64,000 bases of DNA from the human T2T-CHM13v2.0 reference genome, Homo sapiens: assembly GCF_009914755.1 (NCBI RefSeq), contig NC_060934.1; one strand, 5' to 3'. The notes under the pieces were generated by a model that was given only the letters and a program-made list of their open reading frames with translations, was not told where the DNA came from and did not search any database. Below, one piece after another: positions 1 through 15,384 of this stretch (position 1 is its first letter; every line of letters begins with the position of its first letter). Position numbers and translations under genes: made by a program.

Positions 1-490
1 TAGCATGGTATGCAAGGGGGACAAGAGGATGGGGGCTGCTTCAGGGAGAGGAAGCCTTGTGAGAGAAGATGTTGGAAAGGCCAGTGTTCCCAATTGCAAA
101 GGAGGATGATGATATCCACTGCTCAGCATGGCAGTCAAGACCACGGTCTTGGGGACCATGAGCTCCAGGGTCTGAGAGCTCCCCAAGTGTCTGTCCTTCC
201 CTGACCCTTTGCTCCTGCTCTAGGAAATTTCCTGTCAGCAATAATCCAAATGAGAAAAATCAAACACTGCACATGCAGGTTTACACTGAACACCGTCAAA
301 AAAAAATTGAAGATTGGAAACAGTCACAATGTCCAACAACAGGAAACATTAGGTAGGGTATGCAATAACAATTCTTCATCTCAATGCAATCACTAAAAAT
401 GACGATTAGAAAGGCTTTGCAACCACACAGGAAATGTTTATCCCAGGATGTTAGGTCAAAAAAGCAAAACACAAAATCTCATCTAGATTA

Positions 491-696
491 TGGGATGGAG
501 GGAGGGGCCAGCTTCAGGTGTGGGAATACAGGGAGGTTCTGGCTTCAGGTGTGGGGATGGAGGGAGGGGCCTGCTTCAGGTGTGGGGATGGGAGAATGGG
601 CCTGCTTCAGGTGTGGGGATGGGAGAATGGGCCTGCTTCAGGTGTGGGGATAGAGGGAGGAGCCTGCTTCAGGTGCGGGGATGGGAGGAGGGAGCC
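491..696 (+). repeat. 31-bp G-rich minisatellite, about 6.5 copies
   Basis: GCTTCAGGTG core at 511, 542, 573, 604, 635 and 666 (exact 31-bp period). Confidence 0.93.
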
Positions 697-1540
697 TTGA
701 GTTCAAGTCAAACATTTCTTCCTGGGCTGCACACTTGGGCCAAGTCATTCACTTCTCTGATTCCTGATCATCAGAGATGATCAGGAATGTGCAGTGAGAA
801 GAGGGGTCTTGGTGAGGTGCACGGGCATGTCTACGGAAGCAAGGGAACGAAGGGCAGGACTGCATGGCCGCTGGCAATGGAGAGTTCCGGGAATGGGCAG
901 GCTCCAGGATGAGGCCGTTGGAGGTGGCGGCTAAGATGGGATAGAGAATGGAGCTGGGGAGGTGAAGGAGCCCAGGGGTGAAGAGGAAAATGAATTGACA
1001 ACAAGGAGGAGGTGAGGAGAGAGGTGAAGTTCTACGAGAGAGGACTTCTAGATCAGAAGCCTAGATGGGTCTTTGTGGTGACAGAATCCAGACTCCTGTG
1101 GAGAGTGAGGGCCAGACCTGCCTACGGAGAACACCAAGTGACACAAATCCTGCATGACAAGTCTAGGAAAAGGAAGCTTTCCCAGTGCAGGCACAGCAGG
1201 AAAGCCCAGCCTGGAACCCAGATATTAGGCCTGGTGACAGCTCACTGAGTATTAGCGCTTTGCCTTAGGTGGCACCACGGCACACCTGCATCCTATCCAG
1301 GTGCCTTCTTCTCACTGCCCGATAGCTGCTCTGGGAGGGAACCTGGAGCCCTGTGGCCCTGCCCTGGCCCAAACAGCTATTCTGCTGGAGACCTTTGACT
1401 GCTGGAGGTGTGCCCTGATAACAATGCACAGCCATGAGGACCGTGATCTGAAGGGCGTCCCTTGGCAGGTACGATGTACAAGCCTCACAAATGTCAGTGG
1501 CAAACCCCACAGGGTGGCCCAAACCTTGGCCTAGTTATAT

Positions 1541-2362
1541 TGATACAGGAGGTGGGAAGGGAAGGGCATGGGCCCTTTAAATGATACAGAATGGGGGAAG
1601 GGAAGGGTGTGGTCCCTGGCTAGGGCTCCACTCCCTGGCCTGTGCCCATGGACCTAAGTGAAGACAGGCATTTTTGTTTTCCTGCCCAAATGTTGCATTT
1701 CCCAAGACCTCCCCTGGCCTGCCATGCCCCTATCCTGTGCCCATAAAAATGCTGAGACCCTAACAGGCAAACACACAGGCAGCTGAATATTGAGAGGAGC
1801 TCATCATCGGGGGAACACACAGGTGGCTGGACATCGAGAGGAGCACTTCAGCAGGTACCGGGAGGCCAGCCAGCCACTGACCAGCAGAACAACGCAGAAT
1901 TTGGCCAGGGCACTCAGAGGAGAACCCAGGCTGCCAAACAACCCAACTCCAGGGGAAAACCATCTCCCTTCTTGCTCCCCCATCTGCTGAGAGCCACTCC
2001 CACTCAATAAAACCTTGCACTCATTCTCCAAGCCCACGTGTGATCCAATTCTTCCAGTACATGAAGGCAAGAACCCGGGATACAGAGAGCCCTTTGTCCG
2101 TGCGACAAGGTAGAGGGTCTAATTGAGCTGGTTAACACAAGCCGCCTACAGACAGCAAACTAAGAGAGCACCCTGTAACACATGCCCACTGGGGCTTCAG
2201 GAGCTGTAAACATTCACTCCTAGACATCGCCATGGGGTCGGAGCCCCACAGCCTGCCCGTCTGTATGCTCCCCTAGAGGTTTGAGCAGCGGGGCACTGAA
2301 GAAGCGAGCCACACCCCCATCGCACACCCTGCGAGGGGGACAAGAGAACTTTTCCCACTTCA
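1541..2362 (+). mobile_element. Solo ERV1 LTR, LTR1-like (HUERS-P2)
   Basis: TG...CA termini, 4-bp TSD ATAT (1537-1540 and 2363-2366), TATA-like CATAAAAA near 1743, AATAAA at 2006-2011. Resembles the recalled LTR1 consensus. Confidence 0.85.
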
Positions 2363-3729
2363 ATATAACCTCTTTGCATCCAGCTTCCCCCAGTAAAACA
2401 GAGATTTTAACAAAACCCTACCTTGTGGAATTTAGGGGATTCGACAAGATAAACAAAAAAAGTGCTCAGAAAAGTGGTAAGCCTCAAAAGGTTATTAGCT
2501 GTTATTATTCTGCGTGCTTGGAATGGAGCTTTGTCCTATTTTTCTCCTCTGGGACTGGAAACTTCCATGACAGAAGGTGTTCACACATGCATGCACATAC
2601 ACATGCACACCCACACATGTGCACACAGACATGTATACACAATATTCCAGAAGGAGCTCCATCTCCCCAAAAGAGCAGAATCCCTGGGATGGAGCAGTGC
2701 CAGCCCTCACATGCCATCCCCAGCACCAGACTCTGCTCTGCTTTTCTCCTTGGGATTGTTTGCATTTCCTTATCTGCCTCCCTTCTAGTCTTTCTGATTT
2801 CCCACTTCCTTTGATTTGCAGGTCCTATGTTTAACAAGAGAGGTCTTTGATCACTTTCAGAATTTCACCAGCATGTTTTGAAAAAGGCCCAGGCACCTAA
2901 GGGCACACCAATGCCTGTGAGTCTGGCAGTTGTGTTTCGATCACTCAGTTTTCCTGAGTTGTCTTAGGGCAGACCCCACCGAGGTTGGCTATCATAAGTG
3001 CCCACCCTGTCCGGCTTCCCTCTCCGAGCCCCTCCCCAACCCATGCCATCCCTAGCGTGTGCTGCCTTCACTGAGTTCTCACTGCAGCCCAGCCTGCACA
3101 CCTCCCACATTAAAGAAACCCAAACATTCGTTCCACCTTCCCTTCATCGACCTTTTCTTCTGTTCTCCTGACCCTTTTTTAAGCAAACGTTCTTCCAGCT
3201 GTGGTTATAGATTGAGTATATTTCACAATATGTATCTGCTCTCCTGTTTATCTTGCTTCAAGGTAGTTTCCCTCCTCTGTAAGCCAAAACAACCATTCCC
3301 TTAACTCCAGCGAGGGCCTCAGCCTAGCAGCTAATAAGACATGGTGAACAACAGAAGGAAAGAGCAAATCTGACGTGCAAAGAAAATGAAACACTGAGTG
3401 TTCAGAAGATGATATGCTCCCGCCACCGCCCAGGGTGAACAAGGCTTACAAAACTCAGCACAGGTCTTGAGCCCCCAACACAAGGGGCCTTGTTAATGGG
3501 CTCTAGGAATTGCTGTCATCAGGCTGAGGAACAATGGCCTGCCTCAACATCTCAGTGGCCAAACAGGGCTCTCTCCAAGCCCATGCTGGCTCCCTCTCAT
3601 GTCTCAACTCCACAGGACAACCACACACATTGCTTTGTGCCAGGTTGCCACTGCAGGCACACCCCAGCTATAAGCCAGGCCTGCCATTGGACATAGCATG
3701 ATAGTCAGGTCGCAGAAGGCCTCTCTATG

Positions 3730-3882
3730 TCATCAGATCATCTGGGGAGATGTTTAAGCATCTCATTGACTGGCCTCCTCCCTAGGGATCTCACTTAGTT
3801 GGTCTAGATGGGATCTGGGCCTTGATCCTAACTGAAAGCTCTCCAGGTGATTCTAACCTGCAGGCCAGGATGAGACCATGGG
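3730..3882. mobile_element. MER5-like hAT DNA transposon relic
   Basis: aagctctccaggtgattctaacctgcaggccaggatgagacc resembles a MER5 terminus. Confidence 0.55.
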
Positions 3883-3988
3883 CTTTCAAGAGCTGGAACT
3901 CTAGAGGAAGATGGCTGGGGTCCAAATCCTGCTTCTGTGGTCCAGCCTCACTAGGCTTCAGTGTCCTCAGTTACAGCACTCCTCATAG

Positions 3989-4439
<451 letters not shown>

Positions 4440-4924
4440 TAGAGAGAAATGGAAAGGGCTGCTGGGTCTGTCTGTGCTGGCTGGCCCAGGAAGAGGGGAA
4501 GATGGCTTGGGGCAGAACACCTGCCACAGGCCTCTTTGAACACCTCCCTACAGCAGCCACCTATTGAGAAGGAGGGCACCATTGCGAAGAGGCAATGGGG
4601 GGAAAGCTGGGCATCAGGGGGACTTCCAGCCTCTACCACCCAGAAGCCTGGGGCTCACTACTGCCCTCCTTAGGCCATCACTGAGATGGCCATCCCAGGA
4701 CCAGGCTTAGCATTCCATGTCTGCTCTCAGGCACCACTCTTCTTCCCCTCTTTCCCAGCTGTAACGTTGGGAAAGAGGCTAGCCCACAGCTTTCATCCTA
4801 ACAAAACTTGGAAAGAGTTAATCAGATGAGGTGGGCACCCCAGAAGACCCTCAGGTTCAGAGTGTCCATGTGTGTCAATGTAAAGAAAGAATTAACACAA
4901 TAAAATTTAACAACCAAATAAAAT

Positions 4925-5034
4925 TCTTCACTCATTGATTCATGTGCTTATTCAGTAAACAATTCTAAGAGCCTCCTCTATGCCAGGCACAGATTTGCTG
5001 GATGTGGAGAATGCAGACACAAATAAAGCCCAGC
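4925..5034 (-). mobile_element. L2 3' end fragment
   Basis: cattgattcat...tattcagtaaac...tatgccaggcac is typical of the L2 tail in reverse. Confidence 0.55.
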
Positions 5035-5462
5035 GTATCAGTTAGTAATTGCCAAAATAATGCTGCATAACAAACAACTCAAAACTCAGTAGCTAAAACA
5101 AGCATCATCTATTCACACAGATTTGTGGGTTGCTTGGGCAGATCTGCTCCTCACTGCAAGTTTGTAGCTCAGCTCAGTGGCTCCTGTAGGCCCCTTATGT
5201 TTCTCATCTGCCTTGGACCAGTAGATTTTCAAGAACATGAAGGTGATAGAAACTCAAGAGGACAGGTGGAAACATCCAATATCTCTTTTTTTTACCCAGG
5301 CTCAGAACTGGAAGTTTGTCATCTCTGCCTACATGCCCTTGGCCACAGCAAGTCACAGGGTTTTTAATTCCCTACTAAAATCCACCCACCATGAGAACAT
5401 AGCAAGCATGTGGATGCAGGGCTGTGTGAGGAACTTGGGGCAACCATCCAATCAACCATGCC
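5035..5462 (-). mobile_element. MLT1 (ERVL-MaLR) LTR
   Basis: gtatcagttag...gctgcataacaaacaactcaaaactcagtagctaaaac is the reverse complement of the MLT1 3' end. Confidence 0.7.
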
Positions 5463-7227
5463 CAGCCACTGACCTTAAAGACCTCCCCCTGGCCTGGATA
5501 GAGAAAGCAATGCATCAGGAATAGTTGCAACACAACATGATTTTGCCCCAATCACTGAAGTTATTTGGGATCCAGAGTATTTTCTAGCCTGAAAGATACC
5601 TGTATGTATCTCAGGGAAGGACACCTGTTCCCTGATATATGTGTTCTATAAATTAAACTGGGCAAGAGCTGTCACTCACTTAACAGGTGGAATATAAGGG
5701 ACTTGGAGGGATAAAGGGGTTAACCCAAGCTACATTCAACTGCCTTCATTATTATTTGCACCTGGTGAAAGTGTTCACATGAAAGAGGATGAGGATCTGG
5801 TGTTCACAGCTTCCCAGGCTAACAGATATCAGTGTTTGGCTGGTCCAATCAGTCATGCCATTGAAGGAAGTCAAAGAACTCAACCTGATAGGAAGAGGCA
5901 CTGAGGATTAGGTGCAGCCTTAACCTGCTGGAAAGTGCCATTGTTTGCAAAGAAATAGAATCTCTGGATGACATTCCATGGTCTGGGAATACTACAGACG
6001 TTGTCTTTTCCAAGTCCTCCAGGAATCTAATGAGGTGTAGTCTCCACCCGACAATAAAGACATGGGCCACCATGAGGCTACAGTCCAGGCCCAGAGTCCC
6101 ACACTGGTGAGTGGCTGAGGCAAGGCTGCAGGTAGGCACTTTCAGGTGTAAGACCTGAGTTGCCACAAAGTGTCTTAGATGACTCAACACAGGAGTTGTC
6201 CAAGTCATCCCAGGTGAGGACACAGCACCTCATCCCTATGACTAGGGACAGGGGACACAGTGCTGGGACCTAGGACCCCAGGTCAAGCCAGGCCAGCCAG
6301 GAGCAGGCAGGCTTAGCAGAGATTCCTCACGCCACATCTGCAGGATGAGGCGTGGCCCAGCTCTGTCTCAAAACCTCCTGGAACTAATCTCATTGGCCAG
6401 TCACAGGGATATGTATTCTCTTCCCAGCTCCTCAAGTGAACATCTGTTTTTCTCAAAGCTGTGAATGTCACGTCAAGAATCTCCAATTACCTTCCCCTTG
6501 GTTTTATTTAGCATCAGTGTACTGGAGGCATAATTAGTCTGAGATGAAAACCTGTATTGTTCCCTTCTCCTCAGCAATGAAATAGGTTCCAAATGTGCTA
6601 ACAGAGAGGATCCTTCTCCAAAAATGACAAACAGCAAGTGAAGGATGAAAGCAAGAGTGAAATACAGATTAATGACAACTGCGGCCGAGCAGGGGTGGGG
6701 GTGGGGGTTGTGATTGTGGTGTCTGCCAGGGGGCTCCTGCTGCAAATCTCACCTCCTCCTCGGCTCCTAATGAGGACGGGCCTTCTCCACAACACAAAAG
6801 TGATGCTGATGAAGATGAAAGAGCAATTTCCACTGATATGTTTTCTAACGATACATCATGAGAACCAAGGCAACTCCAGGGACTGCTGATGAGATGGTGT
6901 CATGCAGCATTCTTCTCCCTGTGAGCCTGGCCATGCTCACAGCCTGGGGGCTTTGGCTGAGGGATGCATGTTTTGCATTGGCCAGGATTACCCAAAATTA
7001 GGGGGGAAAAGATGCACACAAAGTTTATGAGTAGAAGACACCCCTAGAAGTTGGGTATTTAAAGTACCAAGACTCAGAAGCCCTCAATGACCCAGCCTTT
7101 GCCAGAGACTAGACCTTTAGCCTCCGATTTGTCCAATACTTGTTAAAGTGAGGCTTTAAGGGTCTTACTCATCTGATGCATGCAATGATATTTGTTCTGC
7201 TTTCATGCTTGCCTTCTTAAAGACTCT

Positions 7228-7808
7228 TCACAGATCAGCCAGAGGGTTCACTAAAGAGGAAATGGGTCATGTCATTGCCCTATACAAACCCTCCAATGAC
7301 TTCCCATCACACTTAAAATAGAACCCCAACTCCTCGTCTAGCCCACATAACCCCAGGTGGCATTCTCTCACCCACCTCTCTGACCCCACCATGCTGCTGC
7401 CTCCCCTCCTTTCATTAAGCTCAAGCCACACAGGCATTCTCTCTCTGTTCCTCTAACAGGCCAGCTTTAATTCCATCTTGGGACTTTTGCAATGGTAAAG
7501 GTCTCCCTTACAAAAGCAAAGGCCTTCTCAGGCCTGACTCCAGCAATCAGATGTTAGCTGAAAAGTCAGAGTGGTCACATAGCCGAAAGTAGCCCCAGTC
7601 ATGTCTCATTACATGGTTCTGTTCTAATTCCTTACAGAACTCTTCACCACATGATATTATTTTGCTTTTTTGCCTCTCCCTCTCTCACATAAAATGCAAG
7701 TTCCATAGGTGTGGTGGCCTCGCCTGGTTTACCCCCTGCCAGACCCCCACACCCTGCAGAGCTTCAGGGCATCTGACACACAGGAGGTGCTCAGTAACTA
7801 CTGATGAA
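7228..7808 (+). mobile_element. L2 3' region
   Basis: aaaccctccaatgacttcccatcacact...cacacaggaggtgctcagtaac L2 motifs. Confidence 0.65.
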
Positions 7809-9419
7809 CTCAGGCCAGTGGGTGAGCTGGTGGGGCTGGGCTCATCAAGAAGACCACAAAGTTCATGCATCTATCTTCAGATAACCGAGGGGCTGACGGG
7901 AAAAGAAAGTAAAATTGCCGTGTAGCCCAAGAACACCCATCCAGAACTAATGGGTAGAAGCCACAGGACAGCTTTTGCCTAACATAAGGTAATTTTCTCA
8001 CTTCAAGCTACCCAACAACAAAATAGGTTTCCTTAATCGATGGTGAGTTCCCCATGTGCAGAGGTTTGTAAGCAGAGGCCACTGCTGGAGCCTGTGTAGT
8101 GGAGAGATGAGCATCCTTCTAAGCACCTGAGTCCACAGCATTCACATTGGTTTCCTCCATCTCGGTGGGATCATAACCCCCTGAAGGAGGGTGGGGCCTC
8201 ATTCCCCAGCAGGGGCTCTCTGCACAGGGTGGGGCGGGGGTGTCAGATGGAGCACAGGTGTCCACCAGACATGGAGTGCAGTATACGTTCCTGGCTCCTG
8301 TTAAGGGGTAAGCTGGAGGCTCCAGGCCAGGCTAAATCCATGGGGCCACCATGTGGAGGCAGGCACCTTCCTGGAGGGACTAACCTTGTGGTCTATGCTT
8401 TCCTCCAGGGACACAAGCCTGGGGAGTGGACAGGGAAGGCAGTGGAGAGGTGGCAGTCAGGGAACACCACAAACTGCCCTCTAACTGTTCCTCTGCCAGT
8501 GCTCCCACAGCCCTGTGAAGGAGAACATGACTTCCATCCCACAGATAAGAAACTCAGGGCTCAGGAAGGTCACATTATTTGTCCAAGTCCTACAGCGGGT
8601 CTGGGAGATGCTGGGAGTTGCGCTCACATCTGACTGATGCCACAGCCTGCATTCTTGACAGCTTGACCCCCGAAGGTCAGGCAGCTCCCCTCAGACTGCA
8701 GACCTGCCAGTTGGAAACATTCTCAACTCCTCCTGTCTTTCCCTCTCCCCTGTCTTCTGAGAAAAGGAAGCCCCTTAAACCTCCTAGATCAAGCCCTAAC
8801 TGGAACCCCACTGAGTTCCGCACTCTGTCATCTGACACAGACCTATTCGGAGGGAAACTGGTAGAACCAGAGCATTGGCAGGCTCCCACCTCCCAGCATT
8901 AGCAGGCACAGAGCTGTGATGCCACAGTCTCCTCCAGGGCATGGCTCCATCATAAACCTGCATTTCCATCACCCAGTACAGGTACTCTCACAGGAGGCAC
9001 TCAGCAGGGATGTAGTGACAGCAGGTAAGAATCCACCTCTCTCCCTGCCTGCTCCTGGGATCCAGTATTGGCCCATGTATCTTCCCCATTTCCTCAGGCT
9101 TCCTGGACTTTTGTTGGAGGGAAAGAGGAACAGAAAGAGGAGCAGGCAGGAGAAGCAAGAGCTCCCGGGGGCTATGAAAGGTAACATACCTGGAGAGTTT
9201 GGGGAGATGGCGGCTTGTGAGAGACAAGGGGAAGAGACAGAAACAGGAGTATTCTAAGAAGCATGGCTGTGAGTTATGAAAAGGATCCTCTTTGACATTC
9301 TTCAAAGAACACCAGTAAAGGATTGCTTTGCATGCCACTACTTTCTTTTTCTAATGTGACTCTACATAGACATTGAGGCACCACTGCTGCATGAGGCACA
9401 ACTACTTATATTTGGATTA

Positions 9420-9479
9420 CAAATGAATGAAACAATAGATGAATGAATGAATGAATGAATGAATGAACAGATGAATGAA
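9420..9479 (+). repeat. (ATGA)n simple repeat
   Basis: Seen directly. Confidence 0.85.
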
Positions 9480-9539
9480 AACTTGGAATCCACTGTTCAG
9501 TTCCCTAAGTCCCAAGTCTCTCCTGCCTATGTTAAACAC

Positions 9540-9760
9540 GATAGCAGCTAACACCCCTAGGTAAATGTGCTAGGCACACCTTTAAGTGCTCTACATGTCC
9601 TAACTTCTTTAATCTGCCACCTACAAGGTAGGTAATCTCATTACCCCCATTTTTCAGGTGAAAAAAGTGAGGCATTCACCTAAGGTTCTACAGTTAGTAA
9701 GAGGTGATTAGACAGAATTCCAACTCAAGCCTGGGTCCTGACCCATTTGCTTAGCCATTC
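9540..9760 (-). mobile_element. MIR
   Basis: Core cccatttttcaggtgaaaaaagtgaggc. Confidence 0.65.
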
Positions 9761-9899
9761 TGCTAACCCGTGAGGTGATCTACTTGCCTAAAAGGACCGA
9801 CAGAGCCAGCGACCCCAGCACACAGGGCCAGCCCCATCCCAGCTGCTCCTGGCAGAAGGAGCCTGCTGGTCTATTACCTGGGAGGCCAAAACATGTGTA

Positions 9900-10252
9900 C
9901 GATCAGGCACTGCTTAACAACATTTCAGTTAACCATGTACTGCATCTAAGACAGTGGTCCCAGAAGATTATATTGCTGAATTTTTACTGTACCTTTTCTG
10001 TTTAGGTGTGTTTAGATATACATATACCATTAGATATACAAATACCACCGTGTTACTATTGCATTCGGCACAGTCCCATGCTATGCAGGTTTGTAGCATA
10101 GGAGCGATAGGCTGTACCATAAAGCCTAGGTGTGTTGTAGGCTGTACTGTCTAGGTTTGTGTAAGTACACTCTATGGGGTTCGTACAATGATGACATCGC
10201 CTAACAATGCATTTCTCAGGATGTATCCTCATCGTTAAGTGATGCGTGACTG
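9900..10252 (+). mobile_element. Tigger3a (MER7A) DNA transposon
   Basis: TA flanks, end ...ttaagtgatgcgtgactg, internal match to the recalled Tigger3a consensus. Confidence 0.85.
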
Positions 10253-11030
10253 TATGTCTTCTAATAGCTCAAGAGTAAACAGCAGAAATATCAACCAAGT
10301 GCAGTTGTCACTTTCTTGGCTGTAGTCAGTAAGTGCTTACAAAATTTTATTTCACACAAACAATAAAATAACATGAAAAATAAGTATCTGGAAAACATTG
10401 AGCCTGGAGTGTTAAGGCCAAGGCACATCTGCAATGCCTCTACCCCTAGAATCTGTCAGGCACATACTCAAACAGCAACAAGGCTGCTCTCTCCCGCAAC
10501 TCCCCAGATGAGCACTCAGGGAGGAGCCCAGGGTGAGAAGCTGCCCTTCCCAAACAGCTGGAAGGATCAGGTGGCCAACTTCAACTTGTCTTAGAGAGAG
10601 GCCAAAGGGTCAGAGGCTGCTTGTGGGAGAACGATGGCCATCCATAAGTGGTAGACTTCTCTAGGGCTGAGAGTACCTCTGACTCATCTATTTCCAGAGG
10701 TGAGCCCTAGATCTGACACACAAGCAAAAGGCAACATGCAAAAAATGATTGTGGGGTTGACTTGAATTTAATTAAGTTAAATCAAATGCCCCCCACCACC
10801 ACCATTTATGGGGAGAGGAGCACCAGCAGCCTGAGGACAGACTATGTGGCCAGGGGCTAAGGCTCACCAACAGGGAACCCAAGCCTTATTCACCTGCCAG
10901 CCCAGAATGTAGCACAAGCCTTCAATCCACCACCAAATAAATTGTCCCTTAGAGCCAGGTCCAGAGAGGCAGAGGTGGCCCAAAGAATGATTCTCAGGGA
11001 AATTTTGAGTCCTCTCCTGCTAGCCTGTAT

Positions 11031-11730
11031 ACCACCACCATCACTGCAATCACTATCACCATCACAACCTTCATCACCATCACCACCATCATTACCACAA
11101 TCACCAATACTACCACCATCACCATCACCACCATCACCACTACCATTGCCACCACCACCAATAACAACACCTTTACCACCACCACCATTACCACCACCAC
11201 CATTACCACAATCAGCAATACTACCACCATCACCACCAACATCACCATCACCAACACCATTACCAGCACCACCAATAACACCATCACTACCATCATCATC
11301 ACCACCACCACTACCATCACTATCACCATCAGCACTACCACTATCACCACCACCAGCACTAACACCAACACCATCACCACCATCACCACCATCATCACAG
11401 CAATCACATCACCACCATCATCACCACCACTACCACTAACACCATTACCACAATCACCAACACCATCATGATCAACACCAACATCACCACCAACACCATC
11501 ACTATTACCACCACCAATACAAACACCATCCTACCACCACCACCATTCCCATCACCAACAATAACAACACCATCACCAGCATCATAATCACTATCACCAC
11601 CACCACTACCATCACTATCACCACTACCATCATCACCACTGCCATCACCACTGCTATCACTATCACCACCATCATCAACATCATTATCATCACCACTATC
11701 ACCACCACCACCATCACCACCACCACCATT
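11031..11730 (+). repeat. Degenerate (CAC/CAT)n trinucleotide tract, about 700 bp
   Basis: Seen directly. Submotif attaccacaatc recurs at 11091, 11202 and 11444. Confidence 0.95.
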
Positions 11731-11790
11731 AACCTCACAGATCACAACTAATTTGACCTTCAAAAAGTGAATTAGAATATCCCAGCTGAA

Positions 11791-12607
11791 TGGAAAGATG
11801 CTCAACATCATTAATTATCAGAGAAATGCAAATCAAAAGCACAATGTGATACCACGTCACTCCTGCAAGAATGGCCATAATCAAAAAATAATAGATGTTG
11901 GCTTGAATGCAGTGAAAAGGGGACACATTTACACTGTTGGTGAGAATGTAAACTAGTACCACCTCTATGGACAACAGTGTGGAGATACCTTAAAGAACTA
12001 AAAGTAGATCTACCGTTTGATCCAGCAATCCCACTACTAAGTATCTACCCAAAGGAAAAGAAGTCATTATACAAAAAAGATACTTGCACACGCATGTTTA
12101 TAGCAGCATAATTTGCAATTTCAAAAATATGGAACCAGCCCAAATGCCCAGCAATCAACAAGTGAATTAAGAAAATGTGAGACAGATAGATAGATATATA
12201 TACACACACACACACATCACCATGGAATACTACTCAGCCATAAAATGGAATGAAATAATGGCATTCACAGCAACCTGGATGGAACTGGAGACTGTTATCC
12301 TAAGTAAAGTAACTTAGGAATGAAAAATCAAACATCGTTATGTTCTCACTCATATATGGGAGCTAAGTTATGAGGATGCAAAGCCATAAGAATCATATAT
12401 TGGACTTTGGAGACTCGGGGGAAAGGGTGGGGGCTGGCAAGGAATAAAAGACTATACACTGGGTACAATGTACACTGCTCAGGTGATGGGTGCACCAAAA
12501 TCTCAGAAATCACCACTAAAGAATTTATTCATGTAACCAAACACCACCTGTTCCCCCAAGAACCTATTGAAATAAAACAAAAAAATTTTAAAAATTAAAA
12601 TAAAAAA
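11791..12607 (+). mobile_element. 5'-truncated L1 (L1PB-like): ORF2 end, 3'UTR and A-tail
   Basis: gatccagcaatcccactact and an L1PB-type 3'UTR. TSD agaatatccca(t)gctgaa at about 11774-11790 and 12608-12625. Confidence 0.88.
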
Positions 12608-12629
12608 AGAATATCCCATGCTGAAGAAT

Positions 12630-13625
<996 letters not shown>

Positions 13626-13714
13626 AAATTGGAATTTCACCCTAAATTCTATAGGATACACTTCTAAAATACTCCTCTAAAATGTTTCTTCCTCCCCAAT
13701 TATCCCTTCCTTAG

Positions 13715-14186
<472 letters not shown>

Positions 14187-15384
14187 AGCTCCCACTGTTT
14201 TAAGGACTGATTCTAGCCTCTAGCATGGCATATAGAGTCCTTCCCAGCCTGGCCTCCTGTTCCTCCACATGCCTCTTTTGATGTTGCCATATTAAAATAC
14301 CAATTGCTCTTTCCTCTAGAAACTTCCTCTAGTGCCCATGCTCTGACCATCTATGCTCCTACCCTTGCTGCCCCACTGTTTTCTGTGGTTGGTCCTTGCC
14401 TATCCTTTAAGACTCAGCTCAGATGGTGCTTCCTACAGAAAGCCTTATTTTGCCCCAGGACAAATGTATTGGCTTCAGAGGACGCCCTCACAATCCCTGT
14501 ACTTATACCTATTCTGTATTATCGTTGATTGCTTACTTTCCCTAAGGACAGACAAGTGCTCTCACCTATGTCTCTCTATTGCCAACCTTCAATAAATGTT
14601 TATTTAATGATGAGTAAATGACTTTGGAAAAAAAGGGTGGCATGAAAAATCATGGCCCACAATCCAGGGCTTTTGTTCCTGGGTTTTAAATTACAAATTC
14701 TGCTCTTCAGAATTCCATTATCCTCACTAGAGTCCTATATAACCACATCCATTATATGGCAATGTAATGGATTACTAGATTTAATTATAACAGAATAATT
14801 AATGTCAAGGTATTGTCAGTTTGGACATAAATATTAAATATCACCTTCTATGTAACTATTTTCTGACTGTGATTGCAAGGATTAGAAATACCAGTTTTTG
14901 ATGAGAAGTGCCTTTGTCGTGGGGGGAGTGATGCCAAGTGGGACATCTGGTTTGCCGGCTGCCACCAACCTCCAAGTAGAATGCCTCCTCCCTGGCTTGA
15001 GGCTGGGCTCCCAACATACCTGGCTCTGCCACAGCCTGTCTCTCACATGTCCTAGTGCAGACCACCACACTTGGCCCTGTGAGTTTCTGGAAGGATCTGT
15101 TCAAGTCTCTTGGGAGATCCTCAAGTTGCATATCCCCTTATGCCCTCCATTTCCCTCCACAACATGAAGTAAGAGCAACCACAAGGAGCAAGGGAGACTC
15201 AGGAGTTATGACAAGGTGCAGACAACATCGTAAGTCAGGGAGGGGAAGCTGAGCTGCTGTGGACCAGGAAGTCTCCTCCTGGGCCTCCACCTGTCTACCA
15301 CATCTTCTCCTCCAGCCACCTCTCAAGCTGTGCTTTGGCTCTGTCCCTAAAGTTGCAATTTCATTCTGCACCTTAACAAAAAAT

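Noticed and set aside
491-696. Regularly spaced repeat superficially like a CRISPR array
   Set aside because: Eukaryotic DNA, and the inter-core segments are homologous to each other rather than unique spacers.
10942-11811. Pro/His-rich and Val/Met-rich ORFs of 135-165 aa
   Set aside because: Translations of the CAC/CAT tract. The same artefact occurs at 15259-15847 and 54432-54743.
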